Origin: Eledone cirrhosa
Taxonomy: Eukaryota
DNA length: 64,000 nucleotides
Direction of reading: 5' to 3'
Assembly: GCA_964016885.1 (NCBI GenBank)
Contig: OZ024746.1
Location: forward strand, 60,388,001 to 60,452,000
Shown here one piece after another: positions 38,866 through 51,667 of the stretch. The position numbers were made by a program, and so were the translations under genes. Within the stretch, counting starts at the first letter, position 1; every line of letters begins with the position of its first letter. Under the pieces are notes generated by a model, which saw only the letters and a program-made list of their open reading frames with translations, ran no database searches and had not been told where the DNA came from.

Positions 38866-39034
38866 ACCTCATTCATCTGTTTGTGTTTTGATATTCACAA
38901 CACATGATTAAATTCAGTGTCAGACTCCACTTAACCATTCGGCCACACTCAGTATCACACAGCTATACTGAACAACACACTGCTACAAAATTGAACTACA
39001 CTTAATGACTCCTCGATGATGAAATATTTTAATG

Positions 39035-39040
39035 AATAAA
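39035..39040 (+). promoter_or_regulatory. Polyadenylation signal of FANCJ
   Basis: AATAAA followed by T-rich tract; a second AATAAA lies near 39108. Confidence 0.65.
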
Positions 39041-39305
39041 ACTGCATTTTTTAATTTCATTTTTAAGCTTTTATTTTTTATATATTTTTCAAATTTATTT
39101 TTGAAATAATAAATTTTTAAAGGATTTTTATTGCATCTTTATATTTCAAATTATAGCGTCATTGGGGGAGGTGTGTGTGCATTGACATGGAGAGCATCAT
39201 GTTGGTAATCGACAGTATAAGGTAGAGAGCACTCATTAATCTTGCCAAAGATATAACAACCTTTCTTTAATCCGGTACTCTAGCAACTGCATTGTATATC
39301 TTTAA

Positions 39306-41644
39306 CAGTGGTGGCTTGTGTAGAGGCACTGTGGTTTAACAGTGGTGTCTTGTGTATAGGTACTGTGGAACTGTAGCAGCTCCTACTTTCACTCAATATT
39401 ATCAATAACATTCAATAGAATGAGTCTTTTTTTTCTTTAATTCTTTCTTTATACTTGTACATTACATAATCTTAAAGCTTAATGTCAGTAGCCAACCCCT
39501 CATTCATGAAAAATTACGGAAATCCTTGTATGGAACTATGTGCTTCACAGTTCCAGTAATGCCTTGTTTGGCTGCTTTGCATATGTGCACATGTCCAAAG
39601 AAAGAAGCTGAACGCTAGTTAGAGAGAGCAGTCGTTCACGCAGTGCCAACCCTCCTATCCAAGTGTAAGGTAGTGTTTATTTTTGACTCAGCACATGTGC
39701 TTAAAAACTGTGTAACATATTCTTGAATGTGATAAACGATAGATGATTATCATGCTTCCAGCTATTCTATTAAATTCATTGTTTTGTTGTTGTTTTTTGG
39801 GGGGTTGTTTTATTGTATAGAAAATTTAATTAATTTAACTATGACCTTGTTGCATCTTGAAGAAATACGTTCTGTGACAGTAAGTGAACTTCAACAGCAT
39901 AAGTTTTCACAGTTGTCTCTCCATGAGAAAATTACAGTTAAGAAAAGATATTCAAATATCTCAGCCCAGGAATAAGCAACAAGAGGTATATTCGTAGTTC
40001 TAATTCTGGATGGTACCAACAGAAGAGTTGGCTCTGCAGTTGTGAAGTGAAAAATGCATTGTTTTGCTTTTCATGTTTGCTGATTGGAGGTGTTGTAACA
40101 TGGACAAAAGAGGGTTTTAAAAATATAAACCAAATGAAAGAAAAAACCGAAAAACATGAGAAGTCAAAGAAGCATGTTGAAAATGTGGTTTAGCTGTTAC
40201 TTTTAGGAAACGTAAACATTAAGGAGAAACCTGGGCATACAGACTTTCAATCAATAAGCATAACATGAAGGTTAAAAAGAACCATGAAATTTTATGCAGC
40301 AAGTATTACACGGAACGCAAAAATATTTTCCTCTAACATTTTGGCTATTCCAACATTCTTCTCAAGGTCACCACAATATGTATCCATTCTCAAGAAGCAT
40401 ATATACATCAGCATTCCACATCCATCCTCTACAAGGTGGAGGTTTAACACACAATTCATGAAAATTTGAAACCTTTTGAAACCTGCGTTACTGAAATGCA
40501 ATCAACATCAAATGCAGATCAACAAGAATTTTAAAATACCTGAATGATGATAATTTCATATTTTGGTTAGAGTTTTTTCATCAGTCTATGCCTCATGTTG
40601 AAGTAATTTACAACCAAATGCAATCTTGAGAAATTAGTGTGTTTAACCCTTTAGCATTTATATTACTCTATATATACTATTGTATTTTCATGGTAAAGGC
40701 TTTATCTTACATGATTATCTCATATAAAATCGAATCTATGAGATTTTGATATTGTTTATTTTGAGAACAATATCTTAACAGTATGAGTTGCAAGTTATTG
40801 CCGGTTTGAACAGAAAGAAGTGAGAGAATTCTGGCTAGTTACACCTGGTTTAAATGCTAAAGGGTTAAAGTCAATGAATATATAACAGATTTCAAAACTG
40901 TTATTTTAGAAATAAGAAACTCGAAGTACTGTGAGAATCCTTCAAAGACACTCATGGTAGAGGCAAAGAAAGTGTGCGATTGCATATGTGTTGATATAAT
41001 GGATAGATATTCTTCCACTAAATACTTAGTAGCTGCTAAATTGTTTTACAAGAAAGCTTCACTAGTTTTAAGGATGAACTGCATACAGAAGAGATGGTAC
41101 TGACCACTGAAGCATATCCCATGATTGACGAAGAAATGCTTAAAACTGAATTAAAAGTATTCTATTGTAGATCCGATATGCATGAATATTGCAAATTAAT
41201 TCAGTTGCTTAAATTTATCTTAAAAAATAATCTAGGCGGTGTTCTTAGTGAAATTACGAAACTGATAAAAATCCTCTTGACAATTCCCATAACTGTATCA
41301 GAACCAGAATGCTGCTTTTAAACACTGAAAAGAAAAACTGTTTGAAGGAGCACTATGAATCCTGAAAGACTAAATGCACTTGCAATGCTTTCAATGGAGA
41401 AAAATTTCCTCAACAGTCATCCAGAGTAAAACAAAAAGAATAGATTTCATTTTTAAATGAATGGATCAAGCTTGAACAGTAACAATTTATTAGTAAGTAA
41501 AAAAGTAATTTTTTCGTTTAGGATTTTATCAAGTTTATGTATAAATTTTCATTTTATGTTTGTTTCGTTTTGCACAATATTAAAACAATGGCTAAAAAAT
41601 TTTGAAGCAGCACCACCGCTAATTTTAGCCATGAGCCGCCACTG
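39306..41644 (+). mobile_element. Decayed hAT DNA transposon (TTF-type Zn finger, hAT dimerisation motif)
   Basis: TIR cagtggtggcttgtg / catgagccgccactg; WLCSCEVKNALFCFSC; ILLTIPITVSEPECCF...LRSTMNPERLNALAMLSME with stops. Confidence 0.82.
40643..40868. mobile_element. piggyBac-type TTAA MITE copy nested in the hAT remnant
   Basis: Same TIRs and TTAA, opposite orientation. Confidence 0.85.
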
Positions 41645-42671
41645 CCTTAAACTTAACCGTAATGTGAGGAAAAAAGTCGATTGTAAGTATCTAAAACAGG
41701 CATGGGCAACCTTTTTCGAGAAGCGGGCCGCATGAGATATGGCTCATCACCAGGCGCTAATTTACATTCGTGCCCACATTAAAAAAGGGGCGGTAACTCA
41801 GGTTGTTTTGATTTGTTTCTTCAGAATTCGTACACGTTGTTTTCCTCGACCGTAAAAATGATAGAAAGATAAAGTACGGGTTAAAAAATCAGAAAGATTT
41901 CTCTTGGGTGACTTGGGCAAGCCATTCAGAAAGCTTCGCGGACCGCGGATTGTCCATGACTGATCTAAAAGGTCCAGAAAAAACAAGGAAAGATTATTTC
42001 CCACCAAATGCGAGAGGTGTGTCGATCTGCGAAACTCCGATAGTCTACACTGAACTGTTCCACTCACCTTTTTCACCCTACTTTTTCTACAAACCTAGTA
42101 ATTTCCATTGGTTTAGAGGTCATATTCGTTGATAGCATGTAATAAAAAAAATACAGATGGAAAACTCCGAGGAGGAGGGGATCGACCCCTCCTCTTCCGT
42201 TCTCTGGGAAAGTTGATTGCCAGCATCCTGAAGGTTAGATTAGTTGATAGCACACGCACACAAAAGAAAGAAAACGAGGGGGAAAATGTTTATCTCTGAA
42301 ATCGAGTGGAGTATTCTTATATAATAATTGTTTCTATTTTGGGCACAAGGCCAGTGCATTACTGGTAGGCAAAGTTGACCTCGGCAGGATTTGAACTCGG
42401 ACCGTAAAGGGACCTAACTATGCTGGAAAGTATGGTGTCCGACCCTCTATCGATATTGCCAAATGTGTGCGTGTGTTAAAAAACACCCAGTACACACTGT
42501 AAATGTGGTTGGCGTTAGGAAGGGCATCCAGCTGTAGAAATCTAGCCAGAAATAGTTATGTATAAGCAGGATACGGTCACCTGACCCAACCTGCCTAAAA
42601 TGAAACAACCCATCTAACCCATGGTAGCGTGTAAGGTGGACGTTAAACGGCGATGATGATATATATATATA

Positions 42672-43393
42672 GGGCTGGTCAAATTCTCGAGATCCATGGA
42701 CGAGTTCTCTCTAGCAGTCTCTGTCCCTCATCATCGCTGCCATGTCCTGCGTCTCCAAGAGATCAGTGTCTGTCCTTAGGGCATATATCAACCTCGGTCT
42801 CCCTCTTCCAGTGTGTGTATGCAGGGACTCCCACAGGAGCACTGAGTGCAGTGTCAACTCTGGATGTCGACATAGTTTTGGTGACAAACACAGTGAAGGA
42901 GGCAGAGGAGTTGATGCATGAGGTGGAGGCTGTGTCGATGAGTGTGGGGTTGAGAATTAATGAGATTAAGACGAAGTATCTGGTAGAGAATATTAAAAAG
43001 CCAGAGAAGATTACTAATATAAGCGGGAAGCCACTAGAATTGGTTTAGGACTTCCTGTATCTGGGAGCGAAGATTGGGAATACAGATGATGTGATCGAGA
43101 GGAAGAGGAAAGCCTGGGCGGCGTGCCACAGTTTGAGATCGGTGTGGAAGTTGAACCTTCGTAAAGACCTGAAGATCCGTCTCTTCGTTGCTGTACGGGT
43201 CTGAGACTTGGACACTGACCAAGAAACGCACTCAGGTGGTGGATGGGTGCTACACGAGAATGCTGAGGATGGCTCTGAACATTAATCAGTATACACTGAG
43301 GATGAAGAACTCAGAGCTGTACGGGAGCCTCCCAAAAGTCAGCTCGAGAGTGGCACAGTGGAGACTGAGATTAGCTAGACATGCTGACCGACA

Positions 43394-43398
<5 letters not shown>
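42672..43398. mobile_element. RTE-like LINE fragment with 5' inversion, flanked by (TA)n
   Basis: Plus-strand RT C-terminus (DIVLV...FLYLG...LYGSETW...LARHADR) plus minus-strand continuation HPELTLHSVLLW...GRGRP. Confidence 0.82.
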
Positions 43399-43432
<34 letters not shown>

Positions 43433-43702
43433 TAAAGTTTAAGCAAAGAATCGCTGCTTTCACCCTTAACGGGATCTTCTGAAACTTTAATCTATTATTA
43501 TTACTATATATATATATATATATATATGTAAAAGGTAAACAGAAATAACAACACAATCGGTACAGTATATGGAAGGTATATATTAGGTTAACGCTTAATA
43601 TAGTAGGAAGAGGGTCTTAGTATATATATATATGTGTGTGTGTGAAGTAATTCCGTCGGAAAGGTCCAGGAAAAAAGAGTGCTCTATGTAGGTTACAGAG
43701 CT

Positions 43703-43764
43703 TATTAGTTATGTAATAAACAACATAAGATAATCATCTTATGTTGTTTATTACATAACTAATA
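43703..43764. repeat. Perfect 29-bp-arm palindrome, 4-nt loop
   Basis: tattagttatgtaataaacaacataagat-aatc-atcttatgttgtttattacataactaata. Confidence 0.95.
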
Positions 43765-44102
43765 TATATATATATATATAAATGAAAGGTATAGAAAATA
43801 TTGTAGCAAAAAGCCAACAGTATTCCATAATATATAAGTGACTATAGCGTCAAAATGGGAAAAATAGTTAACGTAAGATGTGGGAAAAATAATTCAAACT
43901 CAATATATATGTGTGTGTGAGTAAGAGAGAGAGAGAAACGTTACATAAATAAGCAAGTTAGATCAGAAAGATACCGACAGCAATTTCTCATTGCTATTCC
44001 TGTAATGAAAGGATCTGATCCGACGGATGACTATTAACGAGGTATTAATCTACTGTTACACCGCAGTATAATAATGTCAGTGTAGTTTCAACACTTCTTG
44101 CA

Positions 44103-44119
44103 ATGGAAAGCCTTACGGA
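44103..44119 (+). CDS. TTI1: Putative TTI1 first coding exon (MESLTE)
   Basis: ATG GAA AGC CTT ACG GA|GTAAGA gives the phase 2 required by the exon at 49879. Confidence 0.55.
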
Positions 44120-45070
44120 GTAAGAAACATTTTTATAATTAATTGTTATCTTCATTTAGTTTTAGTTTGTTTTATTCTGTTAGCAGTTATATTTGTACCT
44201 CTCTTAGTGTGTTTTTAGCATTATTTATCTTGTTATTGAAATATCACGAATTCACGTGCTCGAAAACAACAATGTTGACAAAATATCCTCTGAGGCAGGC
44301 ATGGGCAGGGGCCTCGTTTGCCTTAAAAATGTGAGGGGACAAACCAACATTTGTTGATTCTTAAAGGAGCATAAATTGCTTATGGTGCCTTTCCCGGACC
44401 CTATCACATAAGTAAAATTTTACGCTAATTAAATTTTATATATTAAAATGAAGTTCGGATATAAAAAAAAATTAAGCTTAAAAAGAATTTATTATACCAA
44501 ATAAACAAAAAATAAAATATAGACGTTTGAGAAAGTGGTTGGGGACTTGTCCCCTGGTACCCCCCTGAAACGAGGCCCTTATGCATGGGCAACCTTTTTC
44601 GAGCAATGGGCCGCACTACTCAAAAATCCAAGGCAATTTTGAAATTATATGTGCCATTCAGAAAGCCAAACGGGCTGCAGTTTGTAGACTGTTCTGAGGT
44701 GTTTAAAATAAAGCAATGGTTGTTATTTTTGTTCCTTGTTCCTTAAAGAGCTGACGTTTGACTACGAGGAAGCGTAGTTAGGTTTCAAAGAGGGCTTATA
44801 TAATAAAAAATAACTACAAAATTGATTATGTGGCACTTAAGGCAGATATCTTCTACCATAGCCTCGGGTTAACCAAGGTCTGGTGAGTGAATTTTGGTAG
44901 AAGGAAACTACAGAAGCCTATATGTTTATTATATACGCTTCTCCATTTCACTCTTAAGTATGAACAGGTGTCTGTGGAGGTTTGAGATGTTCCTTTGGTA
45001 CTCCACCGGCCTCTATGGTTTGTCCTGGCGTCTGAATGCTGGTCGCTTCACCCTCCACACCGAGCTAAAC

Positions 45071-45104
<34 letters not shown>

Positions 45105-47544
45105 CATAAAACATGTCTATAGAATCACCAGATAAAATATATACCATTTCCTCTCCCAACTAGCATAATTAACCATATAAAAAATCGAATAGACCAAGCT
45201 ATAAGAATAAGGCTTCTATGAAGAAATCTCCAACAAATAACCGAAACCAGCCCTTCGCGCCGGCTGCGACGGAATATTTATCGAATATTTCGACAGCGTA
45301 ATCGCCCAGATATACAGTCAATTAAACAGAATTAGGGGTAAAATAAACTAGGAGAAAAGAGAATACATTTATTTACCTTGACCATGGTTTCGTCCGCATT
45401 TTAAGATATCCGATAGCTTCGGAACCTTGAGCACCGGTCTCTTCAGGAGTTAGCTGAAATCTAGACAATAAATTTTCCAAAGTGATCGCGCCAAGAATAC
45501 ATTCAAAAATGGCTAAGAATCGTGACGTAGCAGCGGTCAGGTTGGAAGGAGTGTGGTTAGTTGCTTACGGCTGGTGGCTTTTTGCTAGGAAGCGCAGCAC
45601 AATACAGCCAAATTTGTATCTCAACCTAACGGGAGATTATTACATATAAAGGTTTACATATATACATATACGTGTTTTGCAATGGGTCACTTTGTGGCTC
45701 AATGAAAAGTTAATAAATTAAATAATCAGAGCTATATATCATAAAACATGTCTATAGAATCACCAGATAAAATATATACCATTTCCTCTCCCAATTAGCA
45801 TAATTAACCATATAAAAAATCTAATAGACCAAGCTATAAGAATAAGGCTTCTATGAAGAAATCTCCAACAAATAACCGAAACCAGCCCTTCGCGCCGGCT
45901 GCAACGGAATATTTATCGAATATTTCGACAGCGTAATTGCCCAAATATACAGTCAATTAAACAAAATTAGGTGTAAAATAAACTAGGAGAAAAGAGAATA
46001 CATTTATTTACCTCAACCATGGTTTCGTCTGCATTTTAAGATATCCGATAGCTTCGGAACCTTGAGCACCGGACTCTTCGGGAGTTAGCTGAAATCTAGA
46101 CAATAAATTTTCCAAAGTGATCGCACCAAGAATACATTCAAAAATGGCTAAGAATCGTGACGTAGCAGCAGTCAGGTTGGAAGGAGTGTGGTTAGTTGCT
46201 TACGTCCGCCATTCTGGACGCTGCTGCCTTGTAGATGTCCCAAATCGAAGTTGTGACACTCTCGTCCCCATCATTCAGCAGGGATTTTGCCAGGCAGCCG
46301 CATCATCTCCGATGGTTGGGCTTCCTTTGAGGAAATTGAAGGTGGGATTTACGTTCATGATCTTGTGGTGCGCGAACGGAACTTTGTAGATCCTGCGGAC
46401 CCTGATCTGCACACACAGCTCATAGAGAACACATGGAGCCGTACAAAGAAGAAGCTTCGTCGCCAGCATGTTTCGTTTAAACACACACACAAAATGTAAA
46501 CACGACGTTCGAAAATGAAAATAAATTTACTTTCATTATTGCGACCACTAAAAGTCATGTATGCCTATATATATATATATTATGTCAGGTCACCTGTTGG
46601 TGCTACTGGTAACATGTATCCCAGTACAACCTGTCTCATGGTCGGATCGTTGGCGACTAAACTGGCAACCCCACCAAGGTTTCTTGGGGAGGAGGGTGAC
46701 TTTGGACATCCTGCAGGACTAAAAACAAAACCTGTCAAAGGGAAAAGGAGCTCTTAAGAGTCAATGGCCATCCGAAATCACCGGGAGAGATGACCCCTTA
46801 GCCTTTGTCAAGGCAGAATTCTAGGAGAAGGAAAACTCTGATATAACACCTGCAACCCTGATGGTATCCAATGATGTTGACTTATTCTTCTTTTTGGTAA
46901 ATATCATCTTAGTTAAGAGAGTGGGACTGGCTTTGTGCAGAGCCTTTGCTCACTATAAAAGCTTCACGGCACAGGCATTGCTTTATATCTGGAGATCTCT
47001 CTGCACTTGTCGTCACATGTTACCATGGGCCCAGCACTATGTGTCAATAATTGTCAGAAGTGTAGTGTTTGTACCAGAGTTTTCAAGTCGCTGGCTGGAC
47101 TAAAAAGTCACACTCGTTCAGCGTATCGGTAGGGGTTCTCCTACATGGATATAAAGTAGTGGCCGTACTCGAAAACGAGTTGGCAGCCACCATATATATA
47201 TATATCCATAGATGGCGGCACATGGCTTAGTGGTTAGAGCATTGGCCTTGCAATCGAAAGGTTGTGAGTTCAATTCTCAGACCGGGTGATGTGTTGTTTC
47301 CTTGAGCAAGACACTTTATTTCACATTGCTCCAGTTTACTCAGCTGTAGAAATGAGATGAAAGGGACTGGGGTCCCTATCATTCCACTGCAAAGTGGTCG
47401 TGGAGGTGCCACGGCAAAAAAGCACCCATCACTCACTGTAAATGAGGTTGGTGTTAGGAAGGGCATCCAGCTGTAGAAATCAAGCCAGGATCAGTTCCCG
47501 TCCCACCCTTGCAAGCAGGGAAAAGTGGACGTAAAATGAAATGA

Positions 47545-47592
<48 letters not shown>

Positions 47593-50500
47593 TGAAATGT
47601 ACATTTCACACTTATGCATGTTTAGCTGTCCTGAGAAATTGAATCCCAGAAAGTTTTTTGGGTATTAGTAGGGGCCGCTACACTATCATGTGTGTCGAAG
47701 ATATGTTCTTAATTAGTTCATTGTTTTACGATCGGTATCCTGGATCCATCTCACAATCTTCTTCAGAAACAATTAGATTGGGTGTTTAAAATATCCAAAC
47801 ATCAAATAAATGAGCTTTTGATATTCGTAGGTAGAGCGTACATTTAATTTTCTGATTAGAAAAGTGATAGTGACTTCGAAATTTCCACTTCGCATCCATG
47901 TACTTCTGGGTTCAGTCTTACTGCATGGCACCTTGGGTATCTTCTGTTAAACCCTCAGGTATATCCAGTGCAGAAGCCCATCGTATATATGCATGTGTGT
48001 GTGAGTGGGGGGGGGGGGGTCCCGTAACTTCGCAGTTTGATAAATTGGGATCGATAAAATAAATACTTGGTTCAATATAATGGACTTATCAAGGCGGTGC
48101 CGATGTCTAATGATCAAAACCAACAAAAGAATATATATATGTGTGTGTGTGTGTGCGCGCGCGCTTGTAATTACGTTTGAGTCTGTCTCATTCTAGAGGC
48201 TCTACAAAAGGTGATCAATAAAGAATATGTTTAATTACTGGAACCAGTAAAAGAATAAAAACCCTTCAATAATTGCATCACCTCATTCATTCACTACAAT
48301 CTAACTTAGAAATGGAACCTCTACATTGTCGTCGAACTTGCTAGGAATAGCAAACCTACTTCAAATCACACCTCACTCTTATTTTTTAAAAATGGAGGAC
48401 CATAATATTAGTATAAATACACATGGCTGGAGCAACTTTTGACATAAGTCTGACATGGAGCTGGTCAACAATATAATAATAACAATAATGGTTTTTAATT
48501 TAGGCACAATGCCAGCAACTTTAGGAGAAAGAAGTCGATTATATTAACCCTAGTACTCGACTGGTACTTTATTTTATCGACCCCAAAAGGGTGAAAAGTA
48601 AAGTGGCTCTCAGAACATAAAGAGCTAGTACAAACCCCACAAAAAAATAACACCTAACAAGTGTTTTGTGATATTATTTCTAGTTCATTCCATTTTGAGA
48701 TCAACTATGTTGACATGGTTAACTTAGCCTCATACTTCTGAAGTTAATATAATCAACTTTTTCCTATCCCCAAATTCACTGTGCCTAAATTAGAAACATT
48801 ATCATCATCAACGTCACTGTTTACATCCATTTTCCATGCTTGTATAGATTAGACGAGTTGTTATATTCAGAGATTAGACATGTCAGATGTGCACAGTTTG
48901 ACCATATGTTCCATTGTGGCATAGTTACTACAGTTGGATGCCATTCCTAACACCAACCACTTCATGGCATATACAGGGTGTTTTATCGTGGCATTGCCAC
49001 TACTATATAACAGGGTGCTATTATCGTGGCACCAGCACTCTGACGTTATAGAGTGGGCTGTATACATTTTACTGTGATACCAGCACTACCACTTTATAGA
49101 GTGGGCTGTATACATTTTATTGTGATACCAGCACTACCATTTTATTGATACTAGCACTACCACTTTATAGAGTGGGCTGTATACATTTTATTGTGATACC
49201 AGCACTACCACTTTATAGAGTGGGCTGTATGCATTTTATTGTGATACCAGCACTACCACTTTATAGAGTGGGCTGTATGTATTTTATTGATACTAGCACT
49301 ATCACTTTATAGAGTGGGCTGTAAACATTTTATTGTGATACTAGTACTACCACTTTATAGAGTGGGCTGTATACATTTTATTGTGATACTGTTGTAGGGA
49401 AAAAACTTTAAATACCACCGGATAACTAAAAGTGGACTAGGCAAAATGTCTATAAAGTGAACTGTCAGTAGTGATCTCATTGGTGGTTCGAAATTACATC
49501 TGGTGAATACTTTGGTTTTACCCTTGTTTCGTATAGATATGCTATAACAGATACTAACTCTACTACTTTATAGATTGGGCTAGATACATTTTGTTGTGAT
49601 ACCAGCACTACTACTTTCCAAAACTAGGAAACTTGTTTTATCCTCAGCTCAACTTGGAAGGTAGTGGTGGGAGGCTGCATGTTGTTTACCATGGGAGAGG
49701 GTGAGCGAGCAAGGTGGCCTTCCAAAAGAGGGGGTGAGAGAGAGGGAGGGTTGCCTTAAAGAGAATGAGAGATGTGATGTCCTTGGTCAAGCTGGAAAGA
49801 TGATGATAATAGTACTAACAGCATAATACTAATAATAACATCGATTATATTATTTTCTTTAATTTATTTTAATCACAGAGATGAGAAACTCCAAAGGAGT
49901 TTGGCATTCCGGAACCTTCAGCCCCTCTGTGTGAATTTGGTGAAAGAACCAAGTGTTGATAAACTAGAATTATTGAAAAACCAACTGAAGACTGTTGACA
50001 GAGAGATTCTTGGAGAACTTTATGAATATGTGCTGTTTCCTCTGAGGTTGATCTTCAAACAGAATACTTGCAAGTAATGACAGCTTCGTGGTTTTAAATC
50101 TTACTCTTTTTAAACATCATGATCATCCTCATAATTTCTTAGTCCTCTTCATCTGTAGCTTCTTTCCACTTGGAATTCACAGAAGTTTTTCACCCACTGT
50201 CCATCAATTATACACATTACATATCCATACCAATGCAATCTTCTTTCCTGCATGCTACATATGACTCTTCTTATGCCTAGATTTTCTCATAACTAATGGT
50301 ACACATCCAGTGGAGCATTAGTTTGATTTCTTATATCTTTTTAACCTTTTTAACATTCAATGTCCTCATCTTACTACCATGTAACATTGCACTACATATA
50401 GAGACTTCATACAATCTACTCTTTACTTAGAGAGAGAATCCCTTCATTCACTAAACTTTACCCACCCTACTCTTATTCTGATACCTATGTGTTTAGGACA

Positions 50501-51562
50501 ACCTCTTCCACTGTACAGGTGGATTGGCAGTATCGGTAGAGGGTCGGAAGCCATGCTTTCCAGCATAGTTACGTCCCTTTACGATCTGAGTTCAAATCTC
50601 GCCGAGGTTGACTTTGCCTTTCATCCTTACGGGGTCGATAAAATAAAGTACCAGTAATGCACTGGGTAATTGCTGGCCTTGTGCCTAAAGTAGAAACAAT
50701 TATATCTAATACCCAGTTTTATCTCTCAACTCATCTGTTTCATCATTTATACATATTAACATTACATATCCATCAGATCATGCTATCCTCATTACATATC
50801 TATACCAGAGCATCCTCCTTTCTTACACACTACATGATTCCTCTTATTATAGATAGTAAACATTTACTAAAAGTTCACCATTTTTAATTTTATTTTTTAG
50901 AAAAGACACATTTCTGACCCTCCTTGCCCAATGTACAGCTGATGTCTTGAGCTCTGCAACTATAGAAAAATGGGACACATTTAAGGATCTCTTTGTCACA
51001 TTCACTGTGCTACTAGGGTCCCCAGAACAGTCAAACCAAAGTGAGTAAAGTCCTTTTTTACTGTTTAGTGTTTTTTTTTGCAATTGAGTCAGAAAGCGAC
51101 AGAGCATTGATCAGGGCACTTTTTGGGGTCTTTTATTCAGAAATAATAGATTCTTCATCAGTTTCAGCAATGAGCATTCAGTCATTTGATCAAGTGAACA
51201 CTCAACTCATGAATTAATATGTAAGTTGTTGAGTGTTTCACAGACACGTGTACCCTTAATGTAATTCTGAAGCTGAATCAGTTTCACACTGATATGTGAC
51301 AAGGCTTGAACATTTGCTAGCAGGAAAACTGCTGGTGTTAATAGTGATGATGATGTTGATGATATATAATCCATCTTGTATTATATTGTGATTGAGTATT
51401 CTACTGACACATGTACCCTTAATGTTAAAATGCTCCCAGTGCACACTGTAGAGTTTGGGAACACATGTAAGCTAGAAGCAGGCCCTCAGCCCATCTGATT
51501 AAGTGCTGTCTTACTAGCAGGGAAAATGGATGTTAACTACTGATGAAGATATATATATGAGT

Positions 51563-51605
<43 letters not shown>

Positions 51606-51628
51606 ATTGCCTTCTCTATTTATTTTTG

Positions 51629-51667
<39 letters not shown>

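Larger units (their letters stand above)
45103..46204. repeat. 467-bp direct duplication (45103-45569 and 45738-46204; period 635)
   Basis: Near-identical copies. Confidence 0.95.

Noticed and set aside
46590-47190. Possible 5' region of an RTE-like element
   Set aside because: Only vague motif resemblance; no ORF or second copy in the window
47214-47290. tRNA genes (also 14520, 36090, 50517)
   Set aside because: SINE heads with A/B boxes but no complete cloverleaf; they continue into SINE bodies
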